Assembly (NCBI GenBank): GCA_018063505.1
Contig: JAGPBF010000001.1
Span: 7,724 to 71,723, forward strand
DNA: 64,000 bases
Source: Rhodoferax sp.
GTDB lineage: Bacteria; Pseudomonadota; Gammaproteobacteria; Burkholderiales; Burkholderiaceae_C
Reading direction: 5' to 3'
The notes under the pieces are model-generated. The model searched no databases. It was given only the letters and a program-made list of their open reading frames with translations, and had not been told where the DNA came from. Below are positions 19,848 to 31,281 of the stretch, piece after piece. The position numbers were made by a program, and so were the translations under genes. How positions within the stretch are numbered: position 1 is the first letter of the stretch; each line of letters starts with the position of its first letter.

Positions 19848-20639
19848 ATGACATTCACCGTCCTGATCCCTGCCCGGCTGGCCTCTACACGCCTGCCCAA
19901 CAAGCCGTTGGCCGCCATTGCCGGCGTACCCATGGTGGTGCGCGTGGCACAACGCGTCACCCCTGCGCCCGGATCGGGTGCGATACGCGTGGTGGTGGCC
20001 GCCGACGACCACGCGATCATCGACGCCTGTGCCGCCTACGGAATCGAGTCGGTATTGACCCGTACCGACCATGCCTCGGGCAGCGACCGCCTGGCCGAGG
20101 CTTGCGACCTGCTGGGCCTCGATGACAGCCATGTGGTCGTCAACGTGCAGGGTGATGAGCCGATGATCGATCCCCTGCTGGTGCATGCCGTGGCCAATCT
20201 GCTGCACGAGCGGGCAGACACCCGCATGAGCACGGCAGCACATCCGATTGCGACGCTGGAGGAATTTCGCAATCCGAATATCGTCAAGGTGGTCATGGAC
20301 CAGCAGCGCAACGCGCTGTATTTCAGCCGCGCGCCGATTCCATTGGCGCGCGACCATCCCGACGATGCCTGGTGGTCACTGGCCCCGACAGCGGCCAACG
20401 AACTGCTGCGCCAGGCCGCGCCGATGCGCCATATCGGCATCTACGGCTACCGGGCCGGCTTTCTGCGCCTGTTCCCGCAACTGGCGCCTGCGCCGCTGGA
20501 GCGCGCCGAAGCGCTCGAGCAATTGCGCGCGCTCTGGCATGGCCATCGGATCGCTGTACATGTGACCGACAGCGATCCGGGCGCGGGCGTAGACACCCCA
20601 CAGGACCTGGAGCGCGTCAGGCTGCTTTTTCGCAAATAA
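19848..20639 (+). CDS. kdsB: 3-deoxy-manno-octulosonate cytidylyltransferase
   Basis: [34 protein letters not shown] and LEQLRAL. Confidence 0.96.
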   Translation: MTFTVLIPARLASTRLPNKPLAAIAGVPMVVRVAQRVTPAPGSGAIRVVVAADDHAIIDACAAYGIESVLTRTDHASGSDRLAEACDLLGLDDSHVVVNVQGDEPMIDPLLVHAVANLLHERADTRMSTAAHPIATLEEFRNPNIVKVVMDQQRNALYFSRAPIPLARDHPDDAWWSLAPTAANELLRQAAPMRHIGIYGYRAGFLRLFPQLAPAPLERAEALEQLRALWHGHRIAVHVTDSDPGAGVDTPQDLERVRLLFRK

Positions 20640-20690
20640 CCAGCCAAGCGCCCATGCTATTCTTGCGCCAGCAAATTTGTGGCAAGGTGA

Positions 20691-22404
<1,714 letters not shown>

Positions 22405-22424
22405 GACTTGCCTTCAATGCAAAA

Positions 22425-22459
22425 CTGGTTAAAAATACAGTTACTGTTCATTCAACCAG
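22425..22459. promoter_or_regulatory. Two tandem LexA (SOS) boxes
   Basis: CTG-GTTAAAAATA-CAG (22425-40) and CTG-TTCATTCAAC-CAG (22444-59), both CTG-N10-CAG. Confidence 0.9.
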
Positions 22460-22493
22460 TAACCGGCCACGAGGCCTCGCAGGAGTGACCGCC

Positions 22494-23177
22494 ATGGACA
22501 TGCCGCAATTTCAAGTCAAGCTTACCGCGCGCCAGCAACAGATTCTGGACCTGATCCAGAGCGCCATCGCACGCACCGGCGCACCACCGACCCGCGCCGA
22601 GATCGCCACCGAGCTTGGGTTCCGATCTGCCAACGCGGCAGAGGAACACCTGCAGGCGCTGGCCCGCAAAGGCGTCATCGAACTTGTCAGCGGCACCTCG
22701 CGCGGCATCCGGCTGCGCAGCGAAGCGCTGCGCTCCATCAACGAGTCGCGGGGCAAGCAGTTTTCACTTTCGCTTCCCGGCATGGCGCAGCTGGCCTTGC
22801 CACTGATCGGCCGGGTGGCCGCTGGTTCGCCGATCCTGGCCCTGGAGCACGTCGACCAGACCTATTACGTCGAGAACAGCCTGTTCCAGCGCCGCCCCGA
22901 CTACCTGCTCAAGGTGCGTGGCATGTCGATGCGTGACGCCGGCATCATGGATGGTGATCTGCTGGCAGTACAAGCCACCAAGGACGCGAAAAACGGCCAG
23001 ATTGTCGTTGCCAGACTGGGCGACGAAGTCACCGTCAAACGTTTCAAGCGCAACAAGCACCTGATCGAATTGCATCCCGAAAACCCCGACTTCCAGACCA
23101 TCGTGGTGGAGCCTGGTGAACCATTCGAGATCGAAGGGCTGGCAGTTGGCCTGATCCGCAACACGATGTTGATGTAA
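22494..23177 (+). CDS. lexA: SOS repressor LexA
   Basis: LTARQQQIL wHTH, VAAG cleavage site, GMSM (Ser) and VTVK (Lys). AGGAG RBS. Confidence 0.97.
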   Translation: MDMPQFQVKLTARQQQILDLIQSAIARTGAPPTRAEIATELGFRSANAAEEHLQALARKGVIELVSGTSRGIRLRSEALRSINESRGKQFSLSLPGMAQLALPLIGRVAAGSPILALEHVDQTYYVENSLFQRRPDYLLKVRGMSMRDAGIMDGDLLAVQATKDAKNGQIVVARLGDEVTVKRFKRNKHLIELHPENPDFQTIVVEPGEPFEIEGLAVGLIRNTMLM

Positions 23178-23210
23178 GCCGAACCCGAGAGGCCCGCCAG
23201 GATATCCACC

Positions 23211-23576
23211 ATGCACCAGAACCTGTTTGCCGTTGCCGCCCGAATCGCGCCATGGGGCGGATTGTTGCGCCATCTTCCCCGTCTCCCCCGCCTCCGGTTC
23301 GCCCACGATAACGCCCATCAGCAGGCGGAGTTTTCGGCATATGTACGTCCGGCGAACACCGCGCCATGTGTCGCACGCCTCTCGCCGACACGCCAGTCCT
23401 CTCCGATGCCTGCCACGCGCCAGCGACCCTCCTTGCTGCGCGTCATTCACATCATGGAGCCTGATCCTGCAGCAGCCCCCGGCGGAAGGTTGCTGATGTC
23501 CGGCCGCATGGCGGACGTCTGTGCCGAGCTCGACCGCATGGTCGAGCGTGAAGCTGCACAACTGGCACGCACCTGA
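23211..23576 (+). CDS. Hypothetical protein downstream of lexA
   Basis: 33 bp after the lexA stop, AGGA RBS. C-terminal GRLLMSGRMADVCAELDRM looks like a conserved motif (recollection only). Confidence 0.7.
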   Translation: MHQNLFAVAARIAPWGGLLRHLPRLPRLRFAHDNAHQQAEFSAYVRPANTAPCVARLSPTRQSSPMPATRQRPSLLRVIHIMEPDPAAAPGGRLLMSGRMADVCAELDRMVEREAAQLART

Positions 23577-23627
23577 TACGGCAACACGCACGGCCGTGCT
23601 GGCCCGGCCCTTATCCGCGCCGGTATG

Positions 23628-23671
23628 CCGCGACCCTGTACCCCGCCGGTTTCGACCGGAGGGGTTCGCGG
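23628..23671. terminator. Long hairpin between convergent genes
   Basis: CCGCGA/TCGCGG, ACCCC/GGGGT and CCGGT-TTCG-ACCGG. Confidence 0.5.
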
Positions 23672-23674
23672 TCT

Positions 23675-24190
23675 TCAGGCCACTGCGCCCAGCAGATAGT
23701 CGGCCTTGCCCACGTCGACGCCGTTGTGGCGCAGGATCGCATAAGCCGTCGTGACATGGAAAAACAGATTGGGCAACATCCAGTGTTTCAGGTATGCCTC
23801 ACCCGTCAAAGTTCGGGTGGCGTCACGGCCCACCGGAAAAGTGATTTCACGTTCCTCTGTCCCGTTGATCTTTTCGGGCGGAACCGACTGCAGATAGGCG
23901 ACGGTCTTGCCGATCCGCTCCTTGAGTTCGGCAATCGTGGTCTCGGTGTCGTCATACTTCGGCGCGGGTTCCCCCGACAGGCGGGCAATTCCGTTTTTTG
24001 CGGCATCACAGGCAATCAACACCTGCCGCGTGAATGGCAACATATCGGGCGCCAGCCGGTACTGGGTCAGGGCTGTCGGCTCGCATTTGCGCGCGTCGAC
24101 AAACGCCTGCGCCTTGTCCAGGCAGTGGTTCAGGTTGCCAAGCATGGTGACGCAGATTGGCACACTGGCAGACGACATCGAGATGGACAT
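23675..24190 (-). CDS. DUF1993-family protein
   Basis: RLAPDMLPFTRQV and LPNLFFHVTTAYAILRHNGVDVGKADYL. Confidence 0.9.
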   Translation of the reverse strand: MSISMSSASVPICVTMLGNLNHCLDKAQAFVDARKCEPTALTQYRLAPDMLPFTRQVLIACDAAKNGIARLSGEPAPKYDDTETTIAELKERIGKTVAYLQSVPPEKINGTEEREITFPVGRDATRTLTGEAYLKHWMLPNLFFHVTTAYAILRHNGVDVGKADYLLGAVA

Positions 24191-24320
24191 GGAGTTTCCT
24201 TGGCAGTGATGGATGACCAGCACATGCTAACGTGAAAGACCGATTTACGCGCGTTGCCGCGTGTCACTCGCCAGGCTGCATGCGGCAGCCCCTGGGCGCC
24301 GGCCAAGGCACAATGCAGCC

Positions 24321-25328
24321 ATGAATATCGTGATTCTCGATGACTATCAGGATGCCGTGCGCAAACTGCCATGCGCCGGCAAGCTCGAGCCTTATGCTGC
24401 CAAGGTCTATACCAATACCGTCAAGGGCATGGGCCAGCTGTCGATCAGGCTCAAGGATGCGGACATCGTCGTGCTGATCCGGGAGCGCACACAACTCACA
24501 CGCGCCATCATCGAAAAATTGCCGCGCCTGAAGCTGATTGTCCAGACCGGCCGGGTCGGAAGCCACCTGGATGTACAGGCCTGCACCGAACGCGGTGTTG
24601 CGGTAGCGGAGGGCTCCGGCATGCCGCTGCCGACGGCAGAACTGACCTGGGCCCTGGTGATGGCCGCGATGCGCAGATTGCCGCAGTACATCGGCAATCT
24701 CAAGCATGGCGCCTGGCAGCAGTCCGGGCTCAAGGCTGCATCCATGCCAGCCAATTTCGGCATCGGCAGCCAGCTGGCCGGCAAGACGCTGGGCATCTGG
24801 GGTTACGGGAAAATCGGCAAGCTGGTTGCCGGTTATGGCAAGGCGTTTGGCATGCATGTAATGGTCTGGGGGCGTGAGCCTTCGCGCCAGCAGGCGGCAC
24901 TGGACGGCTACGCCACGGCCCAGAGCCGCGAGGCGCTGTTTGCCACCAGTGATGTGCTCAGCCTGCACCTGCGGCTGAATGACGAAACGCGTTCCATGGT
25001 GAGGCTCGATGACCTGTCGGCCATGAAATCCACGGCATTGCTGGTCAATACCTCCAGGGCCGAACTGATCGAACCCGACGCACTCATCGCAGCACTCAAT
25101 CGCGGCAAGCCCGGCATGGCGGCGGTCGACGTATTCGAAGCCGAGCCGATTCTGCAGGGGCACGCGTTGCTGCGCATCGAAAATTGCATCTGCACCCCGC
25201 ACATCGGGTATGTCGAACAGGAGAACTACGACCGCATGTTCAGCGAGGCGTTCGACAACGTCGTCAACTTCATCCGCGGAACACCGAGCAACATCGTCAA
25301 CCCTGGTGCGCTGCAGGTGCGCCGCTGA
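24321..25328 (+). CDS. D-2-hydroxyacid dehydrogenase family protein
   Basis: GIWGYGKIG, NTSRAEL, DVFEAEP and TPHIGY. Confidence 0.92.
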   Translation: MNIVILDDYQDAVRKLPCAGKLEPYAAKVYTNTVKGMGQLSIRLKDADIVVLIRERTQLTRAIIEKLPRLKLIVQTGRVGSHLDVQACTERGVAVAEGSGMPLPTAELTWALVMAAMRRLPQYIGNLKHGAWQQSGLKAASMPANFGIGSQLAGKTLGIWGYGKIGKLVAGYGKAFGMHVMVWGREPSRQQAALDGYATAQSREALFATSDVLSLHLRLNDETRSMVRLDDLSAMKSTALLVNTSRAELIEPDALIAALNRGKPGMAAVDVFEAEPILQGHALLRIENCICTPHIGYVEQENYDRMFSEAFDNVVNFIRGTPSNIVNPGALQVRR

Positions 25329-25333
25329 CGCCG

Positions 25334-27526
25334 TCAGTTCGCGTCGGGCTTCTTGTCGAGCGGGACTTCGGTCAGGTCGAAGTCGATCATGTTGTCCGCT
25401 GCCGCCGAGGGACGCGCAACTGCTTCACGCGGCGATGCCGACAGGCCAATCGTCGGCTCCTCAGACGCCACCAGCAGCTCCGACAAGTCGATGTCGACCA
25501 GCCCCGCGCCCAGAGGCGGGAACTGCGCCCCACTGCCTGAGCCTGCGTCGCCTGCATTGCCGCCACGCACCGCCTGGGCCACTGCATGCAAGACCAGCAG
25601 GTCGCGAAAGCCTGCGAGGTCGAACGGCTGGTGGGAGGTGTCGCCGTCCTGGCGATAGAGCAGATGCTCGATTACATCGAGCACGGATGCGCGGCCCCAC
25701 ACAGCGATCAACCGATCCACCGTGCCGGGGTAATCTTCCAGGTTGCGGCCTTCTTCTTCAAAGTCGGTGAATTCAGGCACCTGCACATTGAAGATCTGTG
25801 TGAAGTCCTCCCGAACATGCAGGAAATCGGCCTTCAGGCCCAGTGAATGGAACAGCTTGAGCAAGTCCAGATAGGCTTGCGGACACGAGGTGCTGTCTTG
25901 CGCGATGCGGGCTTCCAGCACTTGCACCGCCTGGTCGGTCTGCCCCAGTGAGACAAAGAACTCGGCCCGCTGGCGGACGTCGACCAGCTCATCGGAGTCG
26001 ATTCGCCTGACCTTTACAGCGCCACCGTCGACTGCCGCAATGCCACGGCCGGCAGTTCCGGGCGCCGTTTCGTCATCGCGCGATTTGCGCACCGCACTGT
26101 GCGCGGTGCCCGACTGCATCAGGCGATCGAAGGTGGATTCGCTCATCTCCACCAGACTGACATCAACCTGGGCTGGCATGGCGCCGGCATGGCGCAATGG
26201 CAGGCCCTGCGTCATCGGCTGGGTCTGCTGTACCGATGTTGCACCCGACGGCGGTAACCCGACCGGTTGCGACAGTGGCGAGGGCTCGGAAATCGCCGAC
26301 AGGCCGGAATCGGGTTCGCGGTATCCAGCAGACTCTGCTGCCGGCAACCCGACAGCAGCCGAGGCGCGGGCCCCAGATGCCTGCCGCCCCGCCGATCCAT
26401 CCCACCAGTTGTCCGGCGGATCCTGCCGGGCACGCCGGCCGGAGCGGAGCAGGAGATAGGCAATCGCCAGCAGGCTGGCCAGCAACAAGGCCAGCAGCAA
26501 ATACACCACCGGGTTGTTGTAGCGCTCCGCCTGTGCACGCTCCAGGCGGACACGCAGTTCGATCAGGCTGGCTTCGTTTTTGGCTGCCAGCGCCACCAAG
26601 GACTTGACGTTGGCTTCCAGGCTGTCGAGCCGCTGCGCATCGCGTGCCTCGCGGGCAGCGGTTTCAACCGGCGCGCTGGCGCTGACAGACTCCAGCGTAG
26701 CCACGCGCTCGGACAAAAGCTCCAGCGGATCAAGTCGCAAACGCGACTGCCCTGCCGTCCGACCGGCCCGGGCCTTTTCCTCCGACGCTGTGGCGACGCC
26801 GGCCGGCGCCGCCACAGCTTTGGCCGGTGCAGGATTCACGGCCAACGCTGCTGGTCTGGTGGCGGCGGGTTTGGCCGGCGCTGGCCTGGCGTTTGCCGCC
26901 CTGGACGGACGCCTGGTAGCCGACGCGGCATCCGGGGTCTGTGCAGCGCCGGGAACACGCCGCACTGCAGCCACTTGTCCGGAGCCGGCGACATCCGCCG
27001 ACGCGGGTGCCAAGGCGCTTGACGGGGCCGTTGGCTGCGCCGCTCGCGTCGCAGCGGGCATGGCCGCTGACGAGGGTGCAGGAATGACCAGCGGCACGGC
27101 GCCAACCCGGGGCGCCACCGGCGCGGCTTGCTCACTGACGATGTCCGCCAGCATCACGTAACGCCGGCTGATCGGCTCAGCACAGGCAACGCGCAGGTAC
27201 ACGGTGACGATGGGTTCGTTGACCGGGGTGTCGGAGCTCACCCGCAGCACACTTCCCTGACCGGACGCCGACGGCTCCAGACGCAGGCTGACACTGGTCG
27301 GATCCTGCTTGTTGTCGCCATGGAAGACGTCAGCCTCGAAGCAACTGACAGCAAGGCTTTGCCCGGCGTCGGCCTGCACGGCGATGGACACCAGCAGTGG
27401 CCGGCCGATCAGGGCTGCACCCTGTATTCGGCCAAGTGTCAATGCCTGGCTTTGGGCGCCTGCCAACAGCATCAACAGCGCCAGCGATCGCTTCGGGAAG
27501 AAAGACAGGAGTTGAGCAATTTGCAT
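25334..27526 (-). CDS. FimV-like membrane protein (paralogue)
   Basis: Signal peptide plus ALTLGRIQGAALIGRPL FimV-type N-terminus, Ala/Pro linker, coiled coil, one TM and a TPR-like cytoplasmic region. Confidence 0.7.
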   Translation of the reverse strand: MQIAQLLSFFPKRSLALLMLLAGAQSQALTLGRIQGAALIGRPLLVSIAVQADAGQSLAVSCFEADVFHGDNKQDPTSVSLRLEPSASGQGSVLRVSSDTPVNEPIVTVYLRVACAEPISRRYVMLADIVSEQAAPVAPRVGAVPLVIPAPSSAAMPAATRAAQPTAPSSALAPASADVAGSGQVAAVRRVPGAAQTPDAASATRRPSRAANARPAPAKPAATRPAALAVNPAPAKAVAAPAGVATASEEKARAGRTAGQSRLRLDPLELLSERVATLESVSASAPVETAAREARDAQRLDSLEANVKSLVALAAKNEASLIELRVRLERAQAERYNNPVVYLLLALLLASLLAIAYLLLRSGRRARQDPPDNWWDGSAGRQASGARASAAVGLPAAESAGYREPDSGLSAISEPSPLSQPVGLPPSGATSVQQTQPMTQGLPLRHAGAMPAQVDVSLVEMSESTFDRLMQSGTAHSAVRKSRDDETAPGTAGRGIAAVDGGAVKVRRIDSDELVDVRQRAEFFVSLGQTDQAVQVLEARIAQDSTSCPQAYLDLLKLFHSLGLKADFLHVREDFTQIFNVQVPEFTDFEEEGRNLEDYPGTVDRLIAVWGRASVLDVIEHLLYRQDGDTSHQPFDLAGFRDLLVLHAVAQAVRGGNAGDAGSGSGAQFPPLGAGLVDIDLSELLVASEEPTIGLSASPREAVARPSAAADNMIDFDLTEVPLDKKPDAN

Positions 27527-27792
27527 CGGTCTTGGTCGATAGTCACCTGAAAAAGGAAGGCCCTGGCATCAGGGTCCGACGGCGGCAAATGCCATTCGCC
27601 AGCGCACACGTGCGCGCCCGCGAACCGACACGATTGTGCCTTAGGCTGCGCTCGCCCCTCGCAGAGTGTTGCATCGACGCACCAACGGACATGATCGCGC
27701 ATGGCTGTCCGCCAGCCCAGGACGCTCTGGTCAACTGCAGTGGTGCAAGGCGCATGGCGGCAGCCAAAACATTTCGGTCAATAATCCCACGC

Positions 27793-29313
27793 ATGCAAAC
27801 ACAGTTTCCAATCACAGCCATCATAGGTACCGGCGCCATGGGCCGTGGCATCGCACAAATGGCTGCCCAGGCAGGTAGCCGCGTCATGCTGTTCGACAAC
27901 CAGCCTGGCGCCAGTGAACGCGCGCGTACCGAGTTGTTCGCACAATGGGACCGCTTGCTGGAAAAGGGTCGGCTGGATTCGGCGCAGAACCAGCTGTACA
28001 AATCACGGCTCGAATGTGCCCAGGCGCTGGCGTCACTGGCGCCATGCGATCTCGTGATCGAAGCCATCATCGAGAAGCTCGACGTCAAGATCGCATTGTT
28101 CGCTGCCCTCGAAGATATCGTCAGCGAAAGCACGGTGCTGACCAGCAATACCTCGTCGCTGTCAATCACCGCGATTGCCGCGAAACTCAGGCAGCCAGGA
28201 CGTTTCGCCGGTCTGCATTTCTTCAATCCGGTGCCACTGATGAAGGTGGTCGAAGTCATTGGCGGACTGCGCAGCGACAGCGCGGTCTGTGTCCGACTGG
28301 CGGAATACGTGCGCCAGATGGGCCACACACCGGTTCAGGCCGCCGACACACCCGGCTTCATCGTCAACCATGCCGGTCGCGGCTACGGCACCGAGGCCTT
28401 GCGCGTGGCTGGCGAAAACATCGCCGATTTCGCCACCATCGATCGCATCCTGAAAGACCAGGTCGGGTTCAGGCTCGGGCCGTTCGAATTGATGGACCTG
28501 ACGGCGCTGGACGTATCGCACCCGGTCATGGAGTCGATCTACCGCCAGTATTACGACGAGCCGCGTTACCGCCCCAGCGTGATCACGGCCCAGCGACTGG
28601 CCGGCGGGATGGTCGGCAAGAAGGTCGGGGAAGGTTTCTACCGCTACGAAAAGGGCGAGGCACAGGTGTCGGCCGAACCCGCCGTGCCACAGGTCGACGA
28701 GATGCCGCCGGTATGGCTGTCACCCCGCGCTGCGCGCCGTGCCGAATTGCTGCTGCTGCTCAAGAACCTGGGCGCCAGCATCGAAACCGGGCAAAGTCCG
28801 TCACCGACCGCGTTGACGCTGGTGGCGCCACTGGGTTTTGACGTCACCACAGTGGCCGTTGTCGAGCGACTCGATCCTGCGCGCACGGTCGGCATCGACA
28901 TGCTGATGGAAGACGCGCGTACCCGTCGTCGCGTGCTGGCGACCAACCCGGCCACGCGCACCGATATGCGGGATGCGGCGCACGCATTGTTTGCGCGCGA
29001 CGGCAAGGCGGTGAGCGTGATCCGCGACAGCGGCGGCTTCGTGACCCAGCGGGTCGTGGCCACGATCGTCAACATCGCAGCCGACATCTGCCAGCAGGGC
29101 ATCTGTTCTCCGGCCGATCTGGAAACTGCCGTCAAGCTGGGCCTGGGCTACCCGATGGGGCCGCTGGAGCTTGGCAACCATGTCGGACCGACCAACCTGC
29201 TTGAAGTGCTGTTCAACATGCAGACCGTCTACGGCGATCCGCGTTACCGGCCCAGCCCCTGGCTGCGTCGGCGTGGCGCCATCGGCCTGAGCCTGTTGCA
29301 CGAAGAGGCGTGA
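27793..29313 (+). CDS. 3-hydroxyacyl-CoA dehydrogenase (PaaH-like, two-domain)
   Basis: GTGAMGRGIAQ, EAIIE, SNTSS, HFFNP, PGFIVN and GYPMGP. Confidence 0.93.
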   Translation: MQTQFPITAIIGTGAMGRGIAQMAAQAGSRVMLFDNQPGASERARTELFAQWDRLLEKGRLDSAQNQLYKSRLECAQALASLAPCDLVIEAIIEKLDVKIALFAALEDIVSESTVLTSNTSSLSITAIAAKLRQPGRFAGLHFFNPVPLMKVVEVIGGLRSDSAVCVRLAEYVRQMGHTPVQAADTPGFIVNHAGRGYGTEALRVAGENIADFATIDRILKDQVGFRLGPFELMDLTALDVSHPVMESIYRQYYDEPRYRPSVITAQRLAGGMVGKKVGEGFYRYEKGEAQVSAEPAVPQVDEMPPVWLSPRAARRAELLLLLKNLGASIETGQSPSPTALTLVAPLGFDVTTVAVVERLDPARTVGIDMLMEDARTRRRVLATNPATRTDMRDAAHALFARDGKAVSVIRDSGGFVTQRVVATIVNIAADICQQGICSPADLETAVKLGLGYPMGPLELGNHVGPTNLLEVLFNMQTVYGDPRYRPSPWLRRRGAIGLSLLHEEA

Positions 29314-29394
29314 GCCGCCGGGCCACCTCTGGCGCGCACTTCGCGTCGCACGCGTGACAATCGGGTGTACTGCCAGTCACCCACAGGACAGACC

Positions 29395-30114
29395 ATGGAC
29401 GAGCCTATCCTTACCATTGAAGAACGCGCAGCGATCAATTCCGGTCGCTGGTTCAGTTCCCTGTCGCCCTCCCTGCGACATGACATCCTGCGATGCACCT
29501 ACGTCAAACGTTTCCGCAACGGCGATCTGATCTGCGCCCGTGGCGACCCGCCCGAGGAATGGATTGCCTGTGCCAAGGGCGCGGTACGCGTGAGTTCGAC
29601 CTCGATTTCGGGCAAGCAGATCACGCTGACCTATGTGGAGCCCGGGATCTGGTTCGGCGATGTGGCCATCTTCGACGGCGACCGGCGCACCCACGATGCC
29701 TATGCGCATGGCGAGTGCAGCGTGTTGTGTGTCGCCAGGGCCGATCTGATGAAGATCCTGTCGCAGCACGTCGAGTTGTACGAGGCCATGTTGCGGCTGC
29801 ACGCGCGGCGGATCAGGCAGCTGTATGGCCTGGTGGAAGACCTCAACACCCTGCCCTTGCGCGCCCGCCTGGCCAAGCAGCTGTTGCACCTGGTGCGCAG
29901 CTACGGAGTGGCCAACCTGGCCAACGCGAACGAGATGCGCATCAGCCTGCATCTGGCACAGGAGGAACTGGCGCAATTGCTCGGTGCCTCGCGCCAGCGT
30001 GTGAACCAGGAGCTCAAGACGATGGAGCGCGAGCAATGCATACGCATCGAAACCAGCGGCCTGATCGTGCGCGACAGCGCGGCACTGATGCGAATCGCCG
30101 AGGCCGACCAATGA
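29395..30114 (+). CDS. Crp/Fnr-family transcriptional regulator
   Basis: cNMP domain (FGD...RTH) and HTH QEELAQLLGASRQRVNQEL. Confidence 0.92.
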   Translation: MDEPILTIEERAAINSGRWFSSLSPSLRHDILRCTYVKRFRNGDLICARGDPPEEWIACAKGAVRVSSTSISGKQITLTYVEPGIWFGDVAIFDGDRRTHDAYAHGECSVLCVARADLMKILSQHVELYEAMLRLHARRIRQLYGLVEDLNTLPLRARLAKQLLHLVRSYGVANLANANEMRISLHLAQEELAQLLGASRQRVNQELKTMEREQCIRIETSGLIVRDSAALMRIAEADQ

Positions 30115-30136
30115 CAGCAAAGGACAGCAGCACCGC

Positions 30137-31222
30137 ATGACCGACTACAGCCATTTCGAGGGAACCCGGGCCGTCAGCGACAAGCACCTCTTCGACGTCG
30201 ACGCCTTGTCACGCTGGCTGCAGATCCACCTGGACGGATTCGAAGGTCCCTTGAGCATCGAGATGTTCAAGGGCGGTCAGTCCAACCCGACGTACAAATT
30301 GCTGACACCGGCGCGCAGCTATGTGATGCGGGCCAAACCGGGACCGGTCGCCAAGCTGCTCCCCTCGGCGCATGCGATCGAACGCGAATACAAGGTGATG
30401 GGCGCCCTGCATGGAACCGATGTGCCGGTGGCCCGGATGTATTGCCTGTGCGAAGACGAATCGGTGATTGGGCGGGCCTTCTACGTGATGGAGTATGTGC
30501 AGGGCCGAGTATTGTGGGACCAGTCGCTGCCCGGCATGTCCAACAGCGAGCGCGGAGCGATCTACGACGAGATGAACCGGGTGATCGCGGCACTGCACAG
30601 CGTCGACTACGCCAGCCGGGGTCTGGAGACTTACGGCAAGCCCGGCAACTATTTCGAACGCCAGATCGGCCGCTGGAGCAAGCAATACGCGGCGTCCATC
30701 ACGCAACCGATTGGCGAGATGGACCAGTTGATCAGCTGGCTGCCCGCGCATATTCCCGAGAGTGCGCGCGATGCCGGCATGACACGCATCGTGCACGGCG
30801 ACTACCGGCTCGACAATCTGATGTTCCATCCGAGCGAACCGCGGGTGCTGGCCGTGCTTGACTGGGAGTTGTCGACGCTGGGCCATCCGCTGGCCGACTT
30901 CAGTTACCACTGCATGGCCTGGCACATACCGCCAGGGTCGTTTCGCGGCATTGGCGGGCTCGATGTGCAAAGCCTGGGCATCCCGACCGAAGACGCGTAT
31001 ATCCGCCGCTACTGCGAACGTACCGGCCTGACCACGCCCGAGGCGCTCGCCGTCGACTGGAATTTCTACATGGCCTACAACCTGTTTCGAATTGCCGCAA
31101 TCCTGCAAGGCATAACCAAGCGGGTCGAGGCCGGCACCGCATCGAGTGCGCAGGCGGCCAGTTCGGCTGCCGGCGTACGCCCGCTGGCCGAAATGGCCTG
31201 GAAGTTCGCCCAACACGCCTGA
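30137..31222 (+). CDS. APH-type phosphotransferase (ACAD10/11 kinase-domain / LvaA-like)
   Basis: [26 protein letters not shown] and [11 protein letters not shown]. Confidence 0.9.
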   Translation: MTDYSHFEGTRAVSDKHLFDVDALSRWLQIHLDGFEGPLSIEMFKGGQSNPTYKLLTPARSYVMRAKPGPVAKLLPSAHAIEREYKVMGALHGTDVPVARMYCLCEDESVIGRAFYVMEYVQGRVLWDQSLPGMSNSERGAIYDEMNRVIAALHSVDYASRGLETYGKPGNYFERQIGRWSKQYAASITQPIGEMDQLISWLPAHIPESARDAGMTRIVHGDYRLDNLMFHPSEPRVLAVLDWELSTLGHPLADFSYHCMAWHIPPGSFRGIGGLDVQSLGIPTEDAYIRRYCERTGLTTPEALAVDWNFYMAYNLFRIAAILQGITKRVEAGTASSAQAASSAAGVRPLAEMAWKFAQHA

Positions 31223-31281
31223 GCAAGCGCCGATGGCAGATTTCCCCCCGCGGCTCCGTCCGCATGTCACAGGAGAGCAAA

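Noticed and set aside
29311-29350. TGAGCCGCCGGGCC on the dehydrogenase stop, resembling the 5' end of the junction elements
   Set aside because: Lacks CCCAAG, the hairpin and the SD; too short to call, but worth rescoring with a model.
29354-29380. GTGA...TCAC upstream of the crp gene as an autoregulatory CRP site
   Set aside because: Spacer is 19 nt, not the 6 nt of TGTGA-N6-TCACA.
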